This document shows positions 19,030-29,184 of a stretch of DNA of 64,000 nt, piece after piece (position 1 is the stretch's first letter; each line of letters starts with the position of its first letter). A model generated the notes under the pieces. That model was given only the letters and a program-made list of their open reading frames with translations. It was not told the DNA's origin and did not search any database. The position numbers were made by a program, and so were the translations under genes. Source of the stretch: a virus; IMG/VR virus record IMGVR_UViG_3300036944_000561, positions 32,001-96,000 of that record; one strand, written 5' to 3'.

Positions 19030-20739
19030 TCATTTCTCCTCAGGGATTTGGTCTGGTTCTTCAGCAGCGGGATAATTCAAACTACCCGGTTGAGGTTCTG
19101 GTTGTTCCGGGGGAGTTTCCGGTTCTTCAAAACCACCTTGTCCCGTTTCATCTTCCTTTTTCATTTGGAGTGGGGATTCTCCGATATCGTCGTAAAGACC
19201 AGCTTTCTTCTCTTCAGCAATTTGTTTTTCTTCTTGTTCGATTTCTTCATCAGACAACCGGAGGATGTTTTTCTTGATGGTTTGAATAGAGAAAATTTTG
19301 CCAACATACGGTTCGGCCTCACGCATTGCATTGATACGACCCATCATGAGTTCAGTTTCTTGTTGTTCAGCAACATAAGAATCCGCTGCATAGTCATATC
19401 CAATTTTGTCTTTGATTTCTTCCCATTCATCGGAATTAACAATCTTTTTCTGAATGAGTTCGACTTTCAATATTTGCTTAAGAATGGCATTAAAACGTTT
19501 CTTGACACGCCCGGTATGTCTGTTGAATTTCCATTCCTCACGAGTGATCTGCGCCAAATCGGATCCACCGATATTCACCATCGCATCTGGTGATTGGCGA
19601 GTGGTTGGAATTTTCAAAGAACGATACAATTTATCTCTGAAATATTGAATATGATTGACTTCACCAATGTTTCTTCCGGCTTCAAGATTTTGAATTTCTG
19701 TGGCTTGCTGACCATCACGCCGGGGCAACCAATAGTCTTCTACCATTGAGATGTTGGTCTTGTTTCGATCAATGTCCCCGGTTTCAGTGTTGTAGTTCAA
19801 TTTCGTTTTGAACTTTTCCATCATTTTGACGATGTATTCTTCTGCTGATTTCTTAGGTAGATCTCCAACGTCTAGAAGGAATGCTCTCTTGTCAATTGCG
19901 CGAGTGATGGAATATATCACATTACCATCTTCAACCGTTTTCAGGTTGTTTGCAGGCTTTACAGCTGGCTCTAGAAAGCCGACTGATGATCTACCATCCG
20001 AAGTGTACATCCCTGCATCTGAAAATGCGACGGATTCAAACGGAAGTTCTAGAATTTTGTTTTGATTGATGCTCATCACCCAGGTATTCACCCCGGATTG
20101 ACTGGTCGCAGTCGAATCATACAAATATGTTTTGCGTTCACTCTTGACAATTTCAATATTGTCTTTGTGTTCGGTTTCAACCAAAGTCACCGGGCGAATA
20201 GCAACCGGGTCAAGACAAACCAATTTCTTGATCCCTTTACCCTTTTCGTCCAAGATGATCTGATAACCACGACGACCATCAACATAGAATTGTCTGAAGA
20301 CTTCGTATGCATTATCTTCAAGATCCATCAATCGACTAATCTTATCATGAGCCTCACGGATCTTATCTTTAATGCTTTCAGAAAGTTCAAGACGATCTAA
20401 GTTTATAGCAATCGGGCTTTCATCACCTTCGTTTGTGATAATGTCATTAATCACATGATCAATGGCTTCGTCGACTTCAACATAGTATTGCATATTCCTA
20501 TATGTTAGAATACGAATCGACATTCGCTTGGCATTGGCTTCTGAATTCGGAATAACAGAAGTCAGAACACCTCCACCAATCACATAAGTTTCAGTTCCGT
20601 CTAAGGAAGTTGTGATCTGATTATTCTGAGAAAGATCTTCAACTGGGGTTTCCTGACCATCCCACGGAACTACAGACTTTCCGCCGAATATACCACCCAT
20701 GAAGCTCTCAAGAATAAACGATAATTTTTTATCTGCCAT
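19030..20739 (-). CDS. 20: portal protein
   Basis: EVDEAI..V.N, FRQFYVDGR, YSITRAIDKRAF.LDVG.LP..AEEY and EDYWLPRRDG motifs. Confidence 0.95.
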   Translation of the reverse strand: MADKKLSFILESFMGGIFGGKSVVPWDGQETPVEDLSQNNQITTSLDGTETYVIGGGVLTSVIPNSEANAKRMSIRILTYRNMQYYVEVDEAIDHVINDIITNEGDESPIAINLDRLELSESIKDKIREAHDKISRLMDLEDNAYEVFRQFYVDGRRGYQIILDEKGKGIKKLVCLDPVAIRPVTLVETEHKDNIEIVKSERKTYLYDSTATSQSGVNTWVMSINQNKILELPFESVAFSDAGMYTSDGRSSVGFLEPAVKPANNLKTVEDGNVIYSITRAIDKRAFLLDVGDLPKKSAEEYIVKMMEKFKTKLNYNTETGDIDRNKTNISMVEDYWLPRRDGQQATEIQNLEAGRNIGEVNHIQYFRDKLYRSLKIPTTRQSPDAMVNIGGSDLAQITREEWKFNRHTGRVKKRFNAILKQILKVELIQKKIVNSDEWEEIKDKIGYDYAADSYVAEQQETELMMGRINAMREAEPYVGKIFSIQTIKKNILRLSDEEIEQEEKQIAEEKKAGLYDDIGESPLQMKKEDETGQGGFEEPETPPEQPEPQPGSLNYPAAEEPDQIPEEK

Positions 20740-20778
20740 CTTGATAATTCCTGAATAACATTTGTTTCTATTTAAGCA

Positions 20779-20809
20779 AAAAGAAAGGGGACATTTCAGT
20801 CCCCTTTTC
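20779..20809 (-). terminator. intrinsic terminator after gp19
   Basis: AAAGGGGAC-ATTTCA-GTCCCCTTT with a T-run on the minus strand. Confidence 0.75.
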
Positions 20810-20824
20810 TATCAAGCGTATCGC

Positions 20825-21358
20825 TTATCGAGCGGTTGCCCCCTGGCAGTTGAAATACCGCAGAGTCACCGTGAATTGGCTGTAACTGTCTTGAGCAGTT
20901 TGGTCAAGTGTCAATTCCCCTACTTCTTGAGGCCATGCATCTTGAAGTCTGTAGGTCTTGACTACTGCATCATTCTTGTCAAGCAATTCCAATTCGACAT
21001 CTTGGAACAAGTTCACAAATTCATCGGCTGCAGTGTTAGACTGTGATCCGTTGAATTGTTCCTGCCAAGCTTCGAATAAGCTATGATGGAAATCATCTTC
21101 AACACCCAGGAATGTAAGAGGGAACGGTTCCCATTTACGATCACCTGGTTCCGGAAATTCACGGCCACCCCAAGGCAACATCACTTCACCCAAAGTGAAC
21201 TTTGGGGTCTGAGTTGAAATTGCCAGAATGGAAGCATCCTGAGTTTGAGTTGAAGAAGTCACCGCAGCGGGGAACGCTAAATTCACCCGCCAGCGATATT
21301 GACGCCCCACGTTGCCATGGCGTTGTAAGGCACTTCTAAATCCTGCGATTGATGGCAT
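20825..21358 (-). CDS. 19: tail tube protein
   Basis: PWGGR....PGDR..E, W....NG, L..AWP..VGEL.LD motifs; follows the sheath gene. Confidence 0.92.
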   Translation of the reverse strand: MPSIAGFRSALQRHGNVGRQYRWRVNLAFPAAVTSSTQTQDASILAISTQTPKFTLGEVMLPWGGREFPEPGDRKWEPFPLTFLGVEDDFHHSLFEAWQEQFNGSQSNTAADEFVNLFQDVELELLDKNDAVVKTYRLQDAWPQEVGELTLDQTAQDSYSQFTVTLRYFNCQGATAR

Positions 21359-21374
21359 TTATCATTCCTCCAAA

Positions 21375-23366
21375 TTATGCGCTGTATGCGCCTTCAAGCT
21401 CAGAAAATTCCATATCTGGACGAAGCGCAACAAAATCAAGCAGAACCCAATCTATCACATACTGCGGCTTGATCCAAATACCTGCAACGAACTTGTTCTC
21501 CACGAGAACCTGAGCATCATTGTTGGTTTCATCACACTTCACCCGGTAATCAAGGATTTCTCCAGATTCTTTCTTCTTGCGGAGATACGGTTCTACAGAC
21601 AGTCTGAAAGACGCCTGAGTAAAGGTGTCATTGTTCTCACCCAACACATACTTGGCAGTGTCTGAAATGTTGACTTCGGCTTCGATGAAAACACCACGAG
21701 TTGGCAATCTAGAAAATGCTGATTTCTTGGAGAGACCAGTTTTCTCACCCATGAGGATGATGCCTTCTTTTTCGGTCACAATTGAGTTGATGCCCAGTTC
21801 GTTGTAAACTTCAGAACGTTCATCATCGTTTGCAGACCAAGCCATTTTCTTATAGCCGAGATATTTCCCACGGTTATAGAATGCAGGGGATTTGCCGATA
21901 CCAGCATTAGAAATGGATCGGAACCAGAGACCAGCGGTGCCACCACAACAAGGAATCCAACGATAGACATTGTTATAACTGTCGTAAACATAACCCCAGT
22001 TATCATCCATAAAGAAATATGAATTATCCCGGAGCAATTCGTTGTTTCTCCAATTACGAAGAACGCTCATTTTGGTCTTTCGACTTGCAGAACGGAACTC
22101 GGCAGGAGGGGAAACGAATGTTACTGAAGTGCGTTTTGAAACACTCAAGTCAATAGCAGCTTGAGTATATTCAAGCAGTTGACCTTGTCCGATCAATGCC
22201 AGGAACTGATTGGTCTTCACGTTCAGAATGTCATAACAGCTCTGGTAATCAGCATCACCAGCCCCGTCTGAACCGTTACGTAATTGGATGAACCCGGTAG
22301 GAACAGAAGTTCCAAACGCTGGACCACAACCAATCCATGAAGAATTCGGGTTCACATAGTCAACATAATACGCAGTTGAACCATCAAACTTCTTAGCACC
22401 TTCGATAATGCTCAGGTGTTCGAAGCTTTCCAAATATGAACCATAATCGGTGATAACAACCGGAGTAGCAGTTACAGCTGTGAATGCGGTGCCAGCTGAA
22501 GCATACCAAGTTGCTGTACCCATATCGGTGTAGAATTCAACTTCGATGTCAGCAGTTCCGGTCAAACGAATGGCACGGATATTGTTCAGACGTTTCTTGC
22601 TTGAAGAAATTTCTTCGTTGAATTGACGAACCAATTCAGTCACCAATTCAGTATCATCAGTCGGTGCCACTAGAGCATTAGGCCATTGAAGCAAAATACG
22701 TGATGTGCCTGTCTGATTACCCAGATAGATACCATCCTGAGCATCACCTGGCCAGGTGATAGACAATGTCACACGATCCGGGAAATCGGTCGGTGTAGTG
22801 CCGCTCAGAGCGCCTGTTTCATCAAAAACAAACAGGTGGTATGTCTCATCAGCAGTCAGATCACTCTTGTCATTCAACAAAGTGTAGAGATATGCAAGAC
22901 CAGACCGAAATCCATCAGCATAATCTTGTTTTGCGGTAGCCAGGTCAGTCGAATCCATTACATAGGTGTTCAGATTGTTTCCTAGCGCACCAGGATACCG
23001 AGCGAAAATTTCATTGTTTCCTGCGTAATCTTCAAGATCTTGAGCATTCTTAACAGTCATTGCATCACCAGTAGTTGGGATGGCGTTCAATGCTCCAGGT
23101 TTAAGAGCACGACAAACCATTGCTGATTTGCTATAACGGAAGAAGTCAGCCATCACCAAAAAGTCCAGATATTGAGTGGTGGTTGGCTTCCAGAAATTGG
23201 AAACAAGTCCGGTTTCCCCGCTTGAAATTCTGACAGGATTTTCTGCTTCACCCCACGCAAACTCACCGACAAGAGCAGCAAGCTGTGTGAGGCCAGAAGT
23301 AGTCGCCAATGTCAGATCGGTTTCAGTCCATTGAACCGATGGAGCGACAATAAATGAATCAGCCAT
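21375..23366 (-). CDS. 18: tail sheath protein
   Basis: GEFAWG, ARYPGALGN, NW...YD.YN..YRWIP, SPAF.NRG, G.KT....SAF.R...R and C-terminal WIKP..VID. Confidence 0.95.
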   Translation of the reverse strand: MADSFIVAPSVQWTETDLTLATTSGLTQLAALVGEFAWGEAENPVRISSGETGLVSNFWKPTTTQYLDFLVMADFFRYSKSAMVCRALKPGALNAIPTTGDAMTVKNAQDLEDYAGNNEIFARYPGALGNNLNTYVMDSTDLATAKQDYADGFRSGLAYLYTLLNDKSDLTADETYHLFVFDETGALSGTTPTDFPDRVTLSITWPGDAQDGIYLGNQTGTSRILLQWPNALVAPTDDTELVTELVRQFNEEISSSKKRLNNIRAIRLTGTADIEVEFYTDMGTATWYASAGTAFTAVTATPVVITDYGSYLESFEHLSIIEGAKKFDGSTAYYVDYVNPNSSWIGCGPAFGTSVPTGFIQLRNGSDGAGDADYQSCYDILNVKTNQFLALIGQGQLLEYTQAAIDLSVSKRTSVTFVSPPAEFRSASRKTKMSVLRNWRNNELLRDNSYFFMDDNWGYVYDSYNNVYRWIPCCGGTAGLWFRSISNAGIGKSPAFYNRGKYLGYKKMAWSANDDERSEVYNELGINSIVTEKEGIILMGEKTGLSKKSAFSRLPTRGVFIEAEVNISDTAKYVLGENNDTFTQASFRLSVEPYLRKKKESGEILDYRVKCDETNNDAQVLVENKFVAGIWIKPQYVIDWVLLDFVALRPDMEFSELEGAYSA

Positions 23367-23414
23367 GATTTTCTCCAGTTGATTTGCTTTGTAAACTTCA
23401 TTTATTTAGTCTCA

Positions 23415-25145
23415 TCAGTTGCGCATCCAATCTTCTATAGATTGACCGGATGTTTCTGGTGTTAAGACTGAAATACCTGATGTTGAAACTTCTGTTTCGA
23501 CTTCGTTGTTCGTACCCCCAACCAGAGGAAGTTTGAAAGAACCTTCATCAGTGGCTTTGTTGTACAATTCAGTTGAAACATTTCGTCCAAATTCGTCAAT
23601 GAACCATTGTTGCTTATACAACCAGGAAGCAATCACCAATGTCATCACAGTATCGTCGTGACAACCGTTGTCTGCTTGATATTTGTCGTCTTTGAGAATG
23701 AAGTTTCCCAACTCATAAATGGTTTCAAGATCTTTGACTTCCATCAATCCATTTTCGAGCATTGATTTCATGTTAGAACAGCCCACTGAGCGTGTTCGTT
23801 TGGTTGTTCTAATACCGGGCTTAGAACCCTTTCCGCCAATTTTCAATAATCCGGTCTTTTTGTCAAGTCCTGTTTTGAGAACATTTTCATATTCAAGATC
23901 ATAATAAAGAACAGTAATCGCCTGACCACCCATATCATTATTGATCTCTGGTATCACATAGCAACTACCATAAGCCTCACACATTGAAACAATGACATGC
24001 GGAAACAACAACGGAGAAATTTCATTGTTACGATATATTGCGGCAGTTGAATATGGATATGAAGATACATCCATAATACGACAAACAGAATAATCATCAC
24101 CTGTACCACCTCCAACATCAACGATGGCGATGTATTTCCGATTTTCTTCATATCTTCTGTAGATCTTGGTCCATTCATCGGGTTCTTCTAATGGACTTGT
24201 GGACACCATATTTTCAAGAGTTTTGGTATTGACCAGAGTTCCAACAGATCCAACGAAAGAACATTCAAATTCTTGTTTGAAACGGGCTTCCCCCAGTTTC
24301 TTGATTTGTTTGGCTTTCCAATCTGGATCTTTGCAATATGTAGGCACTTTATCCCATGTAACCTGAATTCTATGAAATCCGTTTGTATCCCCGTTCTCAT
24401 CTGGTTCAGCTTCCTTCCACAACTTATAAAACAACCCTCGTTGTCCTTTGGGGGTAGAGGTTATGATAACTTTGGAAGTTTCTGATTGTGATATAGCCGG
24501 GAAAGTAGATTCCCAAAACTCCATATCATTTTCAATGTGCGCTGCCTCATCCACATATAGGACTGCGCATGACCTACCCCTGATGGAGTCTGAAGATGTT
24601 GCATACGCTACGATTTTTGATCCATTATCAAATTCGACTTCAGTAGAACCATATTTTACGACACCAGGGGATAGGAAAAATGGCATATCCAATAATGCTT
24701 TCCTCACCCTAGCAAGAATCTCTATGGCTTGTTTTTCTTTATTCGCAAGAACAAAAATTTCTTTGTGTGGATGAAAAATTAGATACCATAACAAATAACA
24801 ACCAACTGTTGTAGACTTACCACTTTGACGTGATTGATTGTCAATTACAAAGCGATGTTCATTGAACGCATATAATAGCTCTTCCTGATATTCAAAAGGT
24901 TCAAAGAGAATGAAGCCCTTATCGATCGATGTGATTTTGTAGTAATTTTCAGCGAAATATACAGGATCTTCAGCACAACGCATGTACTCGATTTCTTGTT
25001 CCAGTGTCAACTCAATCTCTATTCCCTCGTTTTTCAACTTCTTCGAACGAGGAAATGTCTGATGAACATTGAGTTGCTGATCTGGTATCTTGAAACCAGT
25101 TTTCAGCGGAATTAGTTCAATCTTCCTGGGTTGTGGTGTCGCCAT
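23415..25145 (-). CDS. 17: terminase large subunit
   Basis: C..DP.YF.ENY, Walker A SRQSGKST, RGRS...LYVDEAA, TSTPKG, DVGGG and HDD.VM RNase H region. Confidence 0.95.
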   Translation of the reverse strand: MATPQPRKIELIPLKTGFKIPDQQLNVHQTFPRSKKLKNEGIEIELTLEQEIEYMRCAEDPVYFAENYYKITSIDKGFILFEPFEYQEELLYAFNEHRFVIDNQSRQSGKSTTVGCYLLWYLIFHPHKEIFVLANKEKQAIEILARVRKALLDMPFFLSPGVVKYGSTEVEFDNGSKIVAYATSSDSIRGRSCAVLYVDEAAHIENDMEFWESTFPAISQSETSKVIITSTPKGQRGLFYKLWKEAEPDENGDTNGFHRIQVTWDKVPTYCKDPDWKAKQIKKLGEARFKQEFECSFVGSVGTLVNTKTLENMVSTSPLEEPDEWTKIYRRYEENRKYIAIVDVGGGTGDDYSVCRIMDVSSYPYSTAAIYRNNEISPLLFPHVIVSMCEAYGSCYVIPEINNDMGGQAITVLYYDLEYENVLKTGLDKKTGLLKIGGKGSKPGIRTTKRTRSVGCSNMKSMLENGLMEVKDLETIYELGNFILKDDKYQADNGCHDDTVMTLVIASWLYKQQWFIDEFGRNVSTELYNKATDEGSFKLPLVGGTNNEVETEVSTSGISVLTPETSGQSIEDWMRN

Positions 25146-25821
25146 CTTCTTGATTCTCTACTTCTGAAAATTCAGCTTCAACCGCGTTCAGTCTTTCTTG
25201 CTCTAAGCGATCAAGTTCCCTGGCGCGATCTGCAATTTCTGATGTATCCAATTCTTGTTTCTTTTCTTTTGCTTGACGGATGACTTCGAGAATATTTTTG
25301 CTTGTTGGTCTTGGCTGAGTTGAAACTCTGACAACGTTTCCATCAGCGTCTTTTACTTCAACTGACAATCCATCGCCATGTCCCGGTTCTTCTTTCGGTA
25401 TTGGAGGAGGGAGCGTACGAGTCTTGGCTCTGGTTTCTGCAGCAGCCCTATTGATATCCATCAGGTCTTTGTTAAGGCCTCTCATGTTGGTTAACAGAGC
25501 GTTGAAAGTGTCATATGCTCTGGGGTGTTGTGTAGCGACCGCGATAGAGCAAACATTCTTCAACATGGTCAAAGAAATTTCTTGAAGAGCATACGTGAAA
25601 TTTCTTGATCTTGCATAATCTGTTTGAATATCTGAAGAATCTTCATCCTCTATTTTCGTCTCTTTTTCACTGAGTTCAAAGCTAGGCATTTCGCCTTGCA
25701 ATTCTTCTAACATTTCGCTTTCATCACCATCCGTGATTTCTTGCATAGTCTTCGATGTTGCATCACCAAGACTCTGAACCTGTGCCAGCGTTTCTAACAA
25801 TTTATCATTGATGTCTTTCAT
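25117..25821 (-). CDS. 16: terminase small subunit
   Basis: DY..SR...Y, A....HPRAY..F..LL motif; overlaps the gp17 start. Confidence 0.8.
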   Translation of the reverse strand: MKDINDKLLETLAQVQSLGDATSKTMQEITDGDESEMLEELQGEMPSFELSEKETKIEDEDSSDIQTDYARSRNFTYALQEISLTMLKNVCSIAVATQHPRAYDTFNALLTNMRGLNKDLMDINRAAAETRAKTRTLPPPIPKEEPGHGDGLSVEVKDADGNVVRVSTQPRPTSKNILEVIRQAKEKKQELDTSEIADRARELDRLEQERLNAVEAEFSEVENQEDGDTTTQED

Positions 25822-26621
25822 TATTCATATCCTGGTCTAATCCAATCACCGGAACCGATTACGATGAAGTCTGTGTCAGCATCCTCAACATAAGCTCCTT
25901 CTTCGTTAGTTAATGGAAGATTTGCATGGAACCGGGTAGTCACTTCAACGGGTTCATAATATGTCGACCAACGTTGTTCTGGAGAAGTTTCAGTAGCACC
26001 AGTGGAAAGATATATGTCAACTTCCTTGATGATATTGACTCCACCGCTATCAGCTAAATTCCGCCCGTAGAAATATCCACCTTCGATTCTTATATTGAAT
26101 GTCAGATCATAGTAGTTGGGTTCTTCACCTGTACCCTCGAATGAATCTACAAAATCATAAGATGTTAGATAGATTTTCAAATTCTCTACCAATGCTTCCA
26201 TTGCAGTGCCAGAATCGTCAGCAGTGATCTTGATATCATATGTCGGCCAAAACATGCACAATGCTTGTTCTTGTATTTGAAACATTGTGTCCTGTTTCTT
26301 TACACGAATGCACCATTCGAAGTCAAGAAAAACAGGAATCTTCATTCTGCTGATAGCTGAACCATATACTTCGGTCAGATTTCGATTCTGTTGTTTCTCG
26401 GTGTTGACTTCGAACCCAGTAAATTTCAATGTTTGCTTGGGGATAGTGTCGGTAGAATAGGTGACAGAGTCTTGATTTCTCAGACCACCCATATATTCTA
26501 ACGGGACACGAATGGTTTTACCTTCTGTGGAGATTTGGAGTTCTGATAACAGAAGACCCAATAATTGTCCATATCGACGAACTCGTTCACCATAGAAATA
26601 ATTGTTCAAAGGACCAGCCAT
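25821..26621 (-). CDS. 15: tail terminator / sheath stabiliser
   Basis: YFY.E.VRRY..L.G..., RVPL.Y and P....F.W...K......QI.EQ.L..F.P. Confidence 0.85.
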   Translation of the reverse strand: MAGPLNNYFYGERVRRYGQLLGLLLSELQISTEGKTIRVPLEYMGGLRNQDSVTYSTDTIPKQTLKFTGFEVNTEKQQNRNLTEVYGSAISRMKIPVFLDFEWCIRVKKQDTMFQIQEQALCMFWPTYDIKITADDSGTAMEALVENLKIYLTSYDFVDSFEGTGEEPNYYDLTFNIRIEGGYFYGRNLADSGGVNIIKEVDIYLSTGATETSPEQRWSTYYEPVEVTTRFHANLPLTNEEGAYVEDADTDFIVIGSGDWIRPGYE

Positions 26622-26623
26622 GA

Positions 26624-27259
26624 TTAATCCCTCGTTTCAACAATGCTTGATGACACCGGAGCGGTTTTGACTTCATCTCGTTTATCGCGAGGATCTTCTG
26701 ACCGGGTAACGGTAGCATCATCTGGATCAACAGTATCAACCACTGTTTCAAGATCATCAATTTCTTGAATACCTGTATCGAAGTCTTCATGACCATATTT
26801 GAATTTCACTACTCTGACCCGCCACACCCGGTTGACACCGACTTGTCTGAAATCTTCATCTTGTAATCGTTTTTGGACTTCATAAAATTGTTGTGTATAC
26901 GGAACATACACCAAATCACCCGGTGTCGGTTCTGTTCGCAGTCCAACCATTTCTTCTGCGAATCTTGCTTGAGAATACATCAACGTTGCAGTGTCCTCAA
27001 ACCCAAATCCACCAAATTTTGAAAACAAATCACCTTCACCGTTGAAATTAGTGATAGATTCTAGATAGAATTCAAGACTTTTCGCATCTTTGAAATTGTT
27101 GAATTCTGCTTCATTGAACATTTCGATTTCATCAACCAATTCTCTAACAATATAATATGCGTCAACGCCACGTTGCTGAATAAACTCAGTAACAAGGTCA
27201 GAAATCAGCTTCTGTTCCCCGGCATGGCTGAAATGGTTAAAATATTGACTGGTTGCCAT
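26624..27259 (-). CDS. 14: neck protein
   Basis: EQ.LI.DLV.EFI..RG, F.GEGDLFSKFG and P.PGDLVY.P; start set at ATG 27259 after a GGGG SD. Confidence 0.9.
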   Translation of the reverse strand: MATSQYFNHFSHAGEQKLISDLVTEFIQQRGVDAYYIVRELVDEIEMFNEAEFNNFKDAKSLEFYLESITNFNGEGDLFSKFGGFGFEDTATLMYSQARFAEEMVGLRTEPTPGDLVYVPYTQQFYEVQKRLQDEDFRQVGVNRVWRVRVVKFKYGHEDFDTGIQEIDDLETVVDTVDPDDATVTRSEDPRDKRDEVKTAPVSSSIVETRD

Positions 27260-27289
27260 TGTGGTATCCCCTAGTCTAATCAATACCAG

Positions 27290-27297
27290 TATTTATA
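27290..27297 (-). promoter_or_regulatory. T4-type late promoter, full consensus TATAAATA
   Basis: Exact TATAAATA upstream of gp14. The TAAATA core also occurs at 2007, 5528, 7544, 14188, 16440, 17362, 18561, 20769, 23403, 29175, 33947, 36913, 39573, 39585, 47138, 51940, 55155, 57854 and 60242. Confidence 0.85.
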
Positions 27298-27306
27298 GCC
27301 GTAAAT

Positions 27307-27395
27307 TATTTTTCAAAAAGGCTTTACTTGAATTTTCAAAAGCGTATACTGGTTTCCATGGGGCAATAACGCCTAACCCTTAGAGGATAGAAATC
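27307..27395 (+). promoter_or_regulatory. early promoter / stem-loop / RBS cassette, copy 3
   Basis: CTTTAC (27322)-17 nt-TATACT (27345); GGC-AATAAC-GCC hairpin; CCCTTAGAGGATA leader as in copy 2. Confidence 0.85.
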
Positions 27396-27797
27396 ATGAA
27401 ATATACCACATACCGCCCAACTCGCCTGTTCGATGTTCTTTCTAACGACGGTTCTCACGCCGCCAATGCATTATTCTACGCTCGTCGTTGTGCATTCGAT
27501 GAAGCAACAACACAACGTGCATTGACTGCTTCCATTGTGATGATCAATGAAGGTTGGATGGTTCCGGCTGCTGTAGTTGAAGCGACCGACCTTGACGATT
27601 TCTTCGATAAATCAAACACTATCAATCAATTGTGGACTGAAAACGACGAAGTGACTTTGCTGGCCGATCCGAATGAAGTTCGATTTTCTTCAACTTCTGT
27701 CGGTGACATTGTTAAAGATGAGAACGGAAACTGGTTCATGGTTGAAGATTTCGGGTTCAAAGATATCACCGAAATCATGAAAGAACTTGAAAAATAA
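27396..27797 (+). CDS. accessory protein with YodL-like C-terminal motif
   Basis: STSVGDIV....G.WFMVEDFGF pattern; own promoter and terminator. Confidence 0.55.
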   Translation: MKYTTYRPTRLFDVLSNDGSHAANALFYARRCAFDEATTQRALTASIVMINEGWMVPAAVVEATDLDDFFDKSNTINQLWTENDEVTLLADPNEVRFSSTSVGDIVKDENGNWFMVEDFGFKDITEIMKELEK

Positions 27798-27810
27798 AAC
27801 AACTGAATTG

Positions 27811-27838
27811 AAAAAGGAGCCAAATCGGCTCCTTTTTC
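27811..27838. terminator. bidirectional terminator
   Basis: AAAAAGGAGCC-AAATC-GGCTCCTTTTT. Confidence 0.85.
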
Positions 27839-28588
27839 TTATCCTACGAAAAAGTCGATGGGTTCCTGATGTCCTTTCTTCAACTGATCTTCAAGTTCAC
27901 GAATTTCTTCTTTCGCCTCTTGAAGCATCTGAGCACCATTGAGTTCAACACCGCCTGGTAGTCTTACGCCTTGTAATTTGTTCAGTACATTTCCCCAACG
28001 TTCTTTGATTTTAGCCGTCGCGTAATCTTTGAGCCAAAAATCATTCCAAGCATATTCGTTCCCCGTATCCCTTGGGTCTATTCGTTTGTAAGTTTGGAAT
28101 GCTAAAACTTCCCCGGCATTGACTTTGAACAAAAGTTCAATTTCTTTGTGGTATTTTGAAAACTTGAAAGGAAATACTTCACTGAGTACAACACTCAAAT
28201 CAGCTAGACGTTGCATCATCACAGTAAAATCTTGAAGACTGGTCTGTGCCCAACCTCCGGTCACTGGTGATGTGATTGCCGCTCCGGCTTGCCAAGCATA
28301 TGTATCAAATCGGCCACCGTATATGGATGAGCCGGGTGAAATCACTTTTACGACGTCATCTACACCTTCTGGCACTGTGATTTTACGTGTGGCTGCTGTG
28401 ACATCATCAGGGAAAGTGTATGTTAGGAAATATTCTTCAGAACCATCGCGATGATATTCTACAAATTTCAGAATAGCATCTTCTATCGCATCAGTAATCT
28501 GAGTATCGTCCAAGTTGATTTGGATGACGGGTGAACCCAGTTTCCTAAGACAATAATCCTTGAATTCTGTAATAGTAGTTATCGACAT
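27839..28588 (-). CDS. 13: neck protein
   Basis: EFKDYCLRKLGSPVIQINL...QI.DAI, W.KDYATA.IK..WG..L.K..G..LPGGV.LNG and PIDFFVG. Confidence 0.93.
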   Translation of the reverse strand: MSITTITEFKDYCLRKLGSPVIQINLDDTQITDAIEDAILKFVEYHRDGSEEYFLTYTFPDDVTAATRKITVPEGVDDVVKVISPGSSIYGGRFDTYAWQAGAAITSPVTGGWAQTSLQDFTVMMQRLADLSVVLSEVFPFKFSKYHKEIELLFKVNAGEVLAFQTYKRIDPRDTGNEYAWNDFWLKDYATAKIKERWGNVLNKLQGVRLPGGVELNGAQMLQEAKEEIRELEDQLKKGHQEPIDFFVG

Positions 28589-28923
28589 TGACTAATATCC
28601 CCCTTGGAACCCAGAACATAACGAATACACCGCATGTCTTCGTTCATTTCGTCCCAAGCCTTGGCTCTTTCTTCGAATCGTGAACTAAAGTTTGTAAATT
28701 CACGAGCCATAACAGCTTGGTTTTTGTCTAGGGAGTTGAATTTATTGTAAAGATCTTCAATCTTTTGATTCTGGCTGACCTGAGTATCTGCGATCGTCTT
28801 GATATCATTTTTAGCGCCACCCAACATGAAAGCAATGGTGACAGCCGTTGTAATAGCAGATACCAGAACTGGGGTGAGAGTTGACACCCAGTTGACTGAT
28901 GGGGTTGCTGTTTCAGTTGACAT
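28579..28923 (-). CDS. single-TM coiled-coil membrane protein (holin candidate)
   Basis: Hydrophobic segment PVLVSAITTAVTIAFMLGG followed by a coiled coil; AGGA SD before 28923. Confidence 0.4.
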   Translation of the reverse strand: MSTETATPSVNWVSTLTPVLVSAITTAVTIAFMLGGAKNDIKTIADTQVSQNQKIEDLYNKFNSLDKNQAVMAREFTNFSSRFEERAKAWDEMNEDMRCIRYVLGSKGDISQCR

Positions 28924-28925
28924 GA

Positions 28926-29132
28926 TTAATTTCCTTTGATTTGGTCTTGTAAGGAAGAAACCCAATCTCGGAGAACTGCCAACTCATCTTCCAGATCAGT
29001 AACTTTTTGTGCATTCTTTCTTGCATTTAGAAATGCGGTATACCCCTTGTTGTTGGTGTTAACGAGAACACCAGGGGAAGTCGCTTTTCTGACCAAATGA
29101 GTATGTCCGAGGACTTTTAAATTCTGTGCCAT
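28926..29132 (-). CDS. small conserved virion-module protein
   Basis: KV.GH..LVR...G..VNT...Y..F...R pattern, typically next to VrlC-like genes. Confidence 0.55.
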   Translation of the reverse strand: MAQNLKVLGHTHLVRKATSPGVLVNTNNKGYTAFLNARKNAQKVTDLEDELAVLRDWVSSLQDQIKGN

Positions 29133-29142
29133 TTCTTTACTC

Positions 29143-29180
29143 CTTCCTCAGAAGGACTTTACCCTTCTGAGGAATATTTA
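29143..29180 (-). promoter_or_regulatory. late promoter with SD-overlapping hairpin
   Basis: TAAATA at 29175-29180 next to the CCTCAGAAGG/CCTTCTGAGG inverted repeat just upstream of the 29132 start. Confidence 0.55.
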
Positions 29181-29184
29181 GTGA

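Noticed and set aside
17748-19593. Long plus-strand ORFs antisense to head genes (17748..18488, 19048..19593 and similar)
   Set aside because: Shadow frames of well-supported minus-strand genes, with no SD, promoter or recognisable motif.
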